The translations under genes and the position numbers were made by a program. A stretch of 16,442 nt of DNA from Paraspadella gotoi (lineage: Eukaryota > Animalia > Chaetognatha): NCBI GenBank assembly GCA_051294375.1, contig JBJCIZ010000054.1, positions 1 to 16,442 of the forward strand, given 5' to 3'. Below are positions 11,056-16,442 of this stretch, in pieces. Position 1 is the stretch's first letter, and each line of letters opens with the position of its first letter. The notes beneath the pieces were generated by a model. That model did not search any database and was not told the DNA's origin. It was given only the letters and a program-made list of their open reading frames with translations.

Positions 11056-11329
11056 GTTGCCTTCATACGATGCGCCGGACAGTTCGCCTATAACCGGGAA
11101 TGTTTTTGCGACATCGTCATTTATAACTCACTAGGTGATGTTGTTCCACCCTCAAGTCTCTTCTCAAGTGACAAAAAGGAAAGCAATGAACCTATACTTT
11201 GAGGGAGGAAAAAAAGGGGCCCTTGGCTAAACTTAACAATAAAGAAATAAATTTACCTTCCCCTGAAGAGAAAATATGTTTGGGAAACGATGCCAATCAC
11301 GTACTCACTATTACTGGGCAAGATCAACA

Positions 11330-12608
11330 TGTAGAACACATGTTGGGTGATCCTTACCCCCCTGTTCCCACTGGGATAAAAAACGGGCGTCTAACTAGAC
11401 GTAAACTCACGGAGGCCTATATATGTAAACGTATGAAATGCAGCCCTTGCTCATGTACGTTACACGACAGCACAGATGATGCGCATTGCACCTGTTGCTG
11501 TGACTTATTACATTTATATAAACGGGACTAGAAGTCCCCATACAAAAAAGGAAGTAAACGAAAACGTAAATTCTGACTCTGAAAACGATTTTGATTCTGA
11601 TTCTAATGAAAAAGAGAGAGCACAAATTGTCTCTTCTGATGAGTACTCCGCGGTATTTCTGTTTTGGAGATAAATGATGATTACAAGGGTATTCATCTCC
11701 CTGAACTCCAAGACCCATATCTGGCCAAAATAAAGCTTTTACAGTCGACTTCTCCCTCCATAGTAAAATGGAGGAAATGGGTTGATGACCCGTCTACAGT
11801 ACCTGATAAAAATGAGAGTCTTTGCTTAGACTCAACAGATCTTTACCATTGTAAGACATCTTACGTTGTTCAAATACAACGTCCAAAACGTTCTATATAG
11901 AATTTTTATAAAAGAAAAGGAGTCACCAGACACACTTTACTGGTCGATAAGGACTACCTAATTGAAACCTCGATGAAACATCTCATCTTATGTTCACTGC
12001 TCTGCTCAAACCACATTTAAGCTGATGGCTAGTAAATACTACTCACCAGGGATGCACAGAATAATAAGGAACAAAATAGACAATGCCATGTCTGTATTAG
12101 TTATAATATTAAAACCAGACTATTAGAGGCGCCCTCTAGCATGCTCCCTGCGGGCCCTCGCCAGATGCTCTCTTGTGATCTTTTTGGGCCCTCTGCCTAG
12201 ATCTTCAGGAGCTGGCGTCTCTTCCGCCTGTTACGTAATGAGTATGCGAGATCATTTTTCGAGGGAATGTTTTTTTGTTTCCCACTCGGAGTGCCTCTTC
12301 CGAAGAGGTAGCCAAAGTTTTCTTAAAATTATTCGAATCTCATGGACTTTGGGATTGTGTAGTAGTGGATGGAAAATGTGTTACACAAAAGAACATCGAT
12401 CGTAAAATTCTCGATGCCTTGGGCGTTAAAGTGAGACAAAGTAATTATACTAGCAAGCATCAAGCTTATTCCGAACGACTCAATCAAATCTGGGCTGCAT
12501 TTCATACGTTTACATATATAGGCTCCGTGAGTTTTACGTCTAGTTAGACGCCCGTTTTTTATCCCAGTGGGAACAGGGGGGTAAGGATCACCCAACATGT
12601 GTTCTACA
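11330..12608. repeat. ~116 bp inverted repeat pair (11330-11446 and 12492-12608) flanking the integrase segment
   Basis: TGTAGAACACATGTTGGGTGATCCTTACCCC...ATGAAATGCAGCCC at 11330-11446 and its near-perfect reverse complement at 12492-12608. The same peptide VEHMLGDPYPPVPTGIKNGRLTRRK appears in ORFs on both strands. Confidence 0.95.
11950..12492 (+). pseudogene. pol: integrase zinc-binding and catalytic core (C-terminus missing here)
   Basis: H..H near 11979-11997, CHVC 12084-12095, CDLFGPLPR 12174-12200, DHFSR ~12250, VVDG (D at 12368), SERLN (E at 12473). The sequence breaks at 12492. Confidence 0.88.
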
Positions 12609-13530
12609 AGAGGAAGGATAAACAAAAAGGATATTTTTCGGGAAGCATAGACTTGAAATTCCAAGGATTTTATTGTAAAATTAAATCTCGCAGAAGGTTC
12701 TATTGTTTGATTTAGCTTTTGATAATAAATTTTATTTAAAATCTGTATACATATACATATTACAAGCACCCGTCTAAAAATTATCAAATCAAAATGATCA
12801 TAATTAGCAAGAAATGAATTGTTCTTATCAGTCACACCAAAACCGACTGAGCATATCTTAGGCGAGAAGTCATCAGACTCAAGAGATTCAACCAGCCAGT
12901 TCAAAGACAGTTCGCAAAGATCGTACCGTCCAGGGTTAGCAGAGAACGGCGTCCCGCTCGTACAGCTGCCGCGGCTGCATAAGGCTGTCACCCGACTTAC
13001 TTAGGCATATAAAGATGAAACACTGTGGTTGAACGTTGCAGGTGAGGACTCTGTGAAAGAGCTTCGTATAGGACATATCTACAAGAACGAGCAGACTTCG
13101 ATGAAGCTTTGCAGCCATTCCCAAAATTTGTTATACGTGGAATCTAGTGACATAAGTAACTTAATGCGGAACATGCGGGAAAGATTCTCCGCTAATATGA
13201 ACGACTTCTTTTTTAATCTTCTCTAAATAATTTAAGGGACCAAGTCTATTGCTAAGTCCGTTACCACCAGACCGAGGAAGTAAAGATACGGCTTTATACT
13301 CTCTCGTGTTATTAACGGCCAGCATTTCGACAAATGTCGGAAAACGACCGCGTCAGAGACAGACTCCGTTGTCAACAATCCGGCAAGGAAGGAGTGAAGT
13401 CTAAAGCACAGTGCGAGATCGCCAATAGATCCAATAGCCATTCGTCACACACCGAAGTTGACCGAAACCGCGCGTATTTCCTTGCGCACCGCGAAAGAAG
13501 TACTGGCAAAATAACAAAAGGTAAAATCAT
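12609..13530 (-). pseudogene. SGNH hydrolase-like ORF, copy 2 (noisy; fills the gaps of copy 1)
   Basis: Matches 392-1019 (e.g. WLVESLESDDFSPK, LYERDAV, FRLHSFL). It supplies GGN(-)DLAID at ~13245-13268 and an open C-terminal extension GVTDKNNSFLANYDHFDL... to 12609. Confidence 0.8.
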
Positions 13531-14230
13531 TATTTATTGATTTTCCGAAATCACATCTCTTGCATTGTTCTAAAGTGCAGATGTGAGTCGAATTAATTGG
13601 CGCAAATAGGCGCAACAATAAAACATGCATTATTTATAATGTTTTTAATTTATAAATTCCTGTGCCCACTCGATCTAAACTGGATAAGCGGTAACAACTT
13701 TCTGTTGTAATGTTTTATATCATGTTCACCCGCAAAAGTACATCCGTTTAACGAAAAACAATTGCATCCATGTATTTTCAAATGCGTCTTATTATTTCTG
13801 ACGGGTTCGCTATAACTTTTGCTAAGAGACAAAGAATTTCGCGCGTTACCGGCAGCCTAGCCGAAAAATTTTTCTTTTATGCATATTTTAACAGCTGTTT
13901 CGACTCATCTTCGCGGGAGTTTCCCTTCGAAAATATCCAGATCCGGAGATAAACATTTCATCGGGTGAACGTCGAAGGTCACTTGAAATGGACTTCGGCC
14001 CTTAAAGAAGATGATCGAAGGAGTCAATGTTTATTTGAAACGTAAGCCTACCTTTTTTCAATACTTTTGCCCAAGTTTTGCAAAGTTTGGCTTGCATTAT
14101 CTAATAGCGTTTTAAAATTAGCGAATCAAAGCAGATTATCAAGATTCGAGTGCGTTCGGAATAGAGCTTGATGCTTGCAGCTAGTATAAGTTACTTGTCT
14201 CCACATTTACTCGGCCCATGGCATACAGAG
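13530..14230 (-). pseudogene. pol: integrase core end and C-terminal domain (copy 2, uninterrupted join)
   Basis: Noisy match to KHQAYSERLN continuing directly into IRILKLLDNEPTLQNW...SPFQ, ending near ...TLEQ...INK* at 13530-13532. Confidence 0.8.
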
Positions 14231-16199
14231 AATTTTAACGATCGTACCTGTTCTTCAATTGTGTAAAGCCATCATTTCGGCATACCACTACCCCCACCAA
14301 AACACAACGGCATCGCACCCAACAGTACCAGCACATGAGAAATCTAACAACCGCCACATCCACATTTCTCACGAACATTTGGCTACACCTCTTCGGAAAG
14401 AGGCACTAACCACACAAACAACCCAGAGATACGACGCGAAACAAAACACATCTCCGCCCACACCACCCCCATCCCCCGACAAATGATCTTCGGCCGCGCC
14501 ACTACTGCATGCCAACAAAACCCTCACCCGCATACCACAAACCAGGGGCGGCCCAGAGGAGACCGCCATTCCACCAGCTCCGTGAAGACATCTAAGGCAT
14601 AGAGCAGGCGCAGCAAAAGTCCACAAGAGATCATCACTCGGCGAGGCGCCCCGCAGCGGAGCATGCTAGACCGGCCACCGCGCCATAGTAATCATACACT
14701 CAGATACTGTCCCTTTAATATTATAACTACATCACAGAACACACTCCAGCGGCCACAATTGTCTAATTTGTTCCTTTATTATTCTGTGCATCCGCTGGTG
14801 AGTAGTGATTTACTACAGGGCGCATCAGGGCTTAAGATGTGGTTTGAGCAATGAGGTGCAGCCACACTGCACAACAGCTCATAATTTGCCCCTGACACTC
14901 TATTCATCTCCATCGAGGCATATCCACATCATATTAGGTAGTCCTTATCCTCCAGACCTCAGCATAAGCAACAACACTACACCAACAAAAAACAAAGCAT
15001 AGATGTCTGGTGAACCGCATAATCCTTTTCTATTAATATAAAAATATCCATAATATAAGTAAAGCGTTTTGGACGTCTGTACCCACAATTTAAGAACAAC
15101 GTAAGATAATGTCTTACAAAATACGGTAAGCACATTCCCTGCTATACGAGACAATCTAAGAACCAAGACATCAACATCTTCTCATATATAATCAGGATAG
15201 CACCCATACCGTAAAGAACACAGGATCAGTCAACGCCATAATTCCATCCATGTTTAGCTATGGCGGCGACAGCACCGATACGAAACTGCTACCAGCACTT
15301 TATATATCTCTGGAACAAAGATTACGGGTCTTGGAGTTAGACCGGGGCATGAATAGACACCCAAAAAACACACAACACCAAACACAAAAACACAAAAAAA
15401 GTACAAAACACATAATAAGAATAAATATACATAAATAATAATCTACACACAAGCAGAAATAGGAGAAAAAAACAGAAGGCGGAGTAAATCATGCAGAAAG
15501 GGCACAATTTGTTGGCTCTCTGCTTTTTCATTAGAAATACAGAATACAAATCGTTTTCAGAGTCATGAATTTACGTTTTCGTTTAGCTTTCGCTTTTTTG
15601 TGATGTGGGACTTCTAGTCGTTTATAGAAATGTTAATAAGTCACAGCAACAGGTGGGCAATGGCGATTCATCTGTGCTGTCGTAGTAACGTACATTGAGC
15701 AATAGGCTGCATTTGCATACGTTTAGCATAAGGCTAGTAAGGCGGGCTAGCGTGCCAGCTGTTTAGGCGTCTAGTTTAGAGCTACCAGGCAGCCCGTTTT
15801 TTATCCCGCCGCACTCGCGCAGGTGAACAGCGGGTTGGGGTATAGGATAAACCCGGCAACAGTGTGTCGCTCTACAATGTGTGATCTTGGCCGGAGGAGG
15901 GCGCGTGGCTAGCCTAATGAGTGAGTACGATGATTGGCATCGTTTCCATAACATATGTTTCTCTTCAGGGGTTAATGGTTAAATTTAGTTTGCTTTATTT
16001 GTTAAGTTTAGCCAAGGGCCCGAGCGTTTTCATGCGCCTCTAAAGTATGACGGTCATTTGCTTTCGGCTTTTGTCAGCTTGAGAAGAGACCTTGAGGGTG
16101 GAACAACAATCACGCTAAGTGAGTTTATAAATGAGCGATGTCGCAAAAACATTCCGGGTTATAGGGCGAAACTGTCTCGGCGGGCATCGTATGAAGGCA

Positions 16200-16442
16200 A
16201 CTGAACGCGTAAAGTTGGTCAGGGGGCTGCAATTTAGAAAGGAGGGATAAAACGTACGCATGATATTCGAAGATCCTGGATAAAGGGCCATTGCTCTTGC
16301 NNNNNNNNNNNNNNNNNNNNNNNNNTTGCAACACGTTCACTACAAATGTCCATACTAACCCAGTAGGAGACAATACGGCTATCCACAAACACATGAACAG
16401 GACTGCCGACTAAATAGTGGCGGAAATGCTTCAAACTCTCTG
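16200..16442 (-). pseudogene. pol: RNase H C-terminal part (copy 2)
   Basis: ORF 16234..16434: KHFRHYLVGSPVHVFVDSRIVSYWVSMDICSERVA, a typical gypsy RNase H block. Confidence 0.88.

Larger units (their letters stand above)
5205..12492 (+). mobile_element. Ty3/gypsy-type LTR retrotransposon, 5' and gag-pol part (truncated in integrase at an inversion junction)
   Basis: Domain order CCHC knuckle (8129), protease IDTGS (8621), RT (LDCSNYFWQ 10050, MGLKSAP 10154, FIDD 10233), RNase H FTDAS (10681), integrase HHCC and DLFGPLP/DDE (11979-12475). PR-RT-RH-INT order with GPLP integrase is gypsy-like. The 5' boundary is uncertain. Confidence 0.9.
163..16325. other. assembly gaps: 163-391, 662-781, 1176-1319, 7806-7830, 16301-16325
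   Basis: Runs of N of 229, 120, 144, 25 and 25 bases. Confidence 0.99.
12609..16442 (-). mobile_element. second, inverted copy of the same gypsy element: RNase H - linker - integrase - SGNH ORF (very noisy)
   Basis: The reverse complement of 16442->14140 tracks 10860->12490 (e.g. 16326-16430 vs 10880-10970; 15001-15130 vs 11850-11940; 14713-14850 vs 12000-12115). 14130->12835 tracks 1574->392. Errors are mostly insertions. Confidence 0.9.

Noticed and set aside
11330-11446. The 116-bp repeat (starts TGT) as an LTR or DNA-transposon TIR / recombinase site
   Set aside because: It is an in-frame part of the pol linker with no PBS, PPT or TSD, and no recombinase gene is nearby. It is explained by duplication plus inversion.
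12329-12991. 220-aa ORF as a distinct gene
   Set aside because: A chimera of the SGNH tail, pol linker and antisense integrase across two rearrangement junctions.
14230-15500. A/C-rich stretch with several short ORFs, looking like a novel insertion
   Set aside because: Blocks align to the reverse complement of 11600-12430. It is a very noisy copy of the integrase/linker segment.

Overview
Eukaryotic, AT-rich sequence from an error-prone (indel-rich, gap-filled) assembly. It is dominated by one Ty3/gypsy-type LTR retrotransposon family present as three overlapping, rearranged pieces. (1) + strand ~5.2-12.5 kb: candidate LTR, gag with CCHC knuckle, protease (DTG), RT (FIDD), RNase H (TDAS), a long Cys-rich/acidic linker, and integrase HHCC plus DDE core. 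(2) - strand 16442->12609: RNase H, linker, integrase and an extra ORF. (3) - strand 1574->1: integrase C-terminus and the same extra ORF. The extra ORF sits in the env position right after the pol stop and encodes an SGNH/GDSL hydrolase (GDSH...GGNDL...DAVH). It is preceded by either a TAATG stop-start overlap or a splice-acceptor-like sequence. Both reciprocal junctions of a ~1.05 kb inversion inside pol are present (1574/1575 and 12492), as is the uninverted form. No host genes were recognised. Frameshifts may be sequencing errors rather than real decay, so 'pseudogene' labels are provisional.
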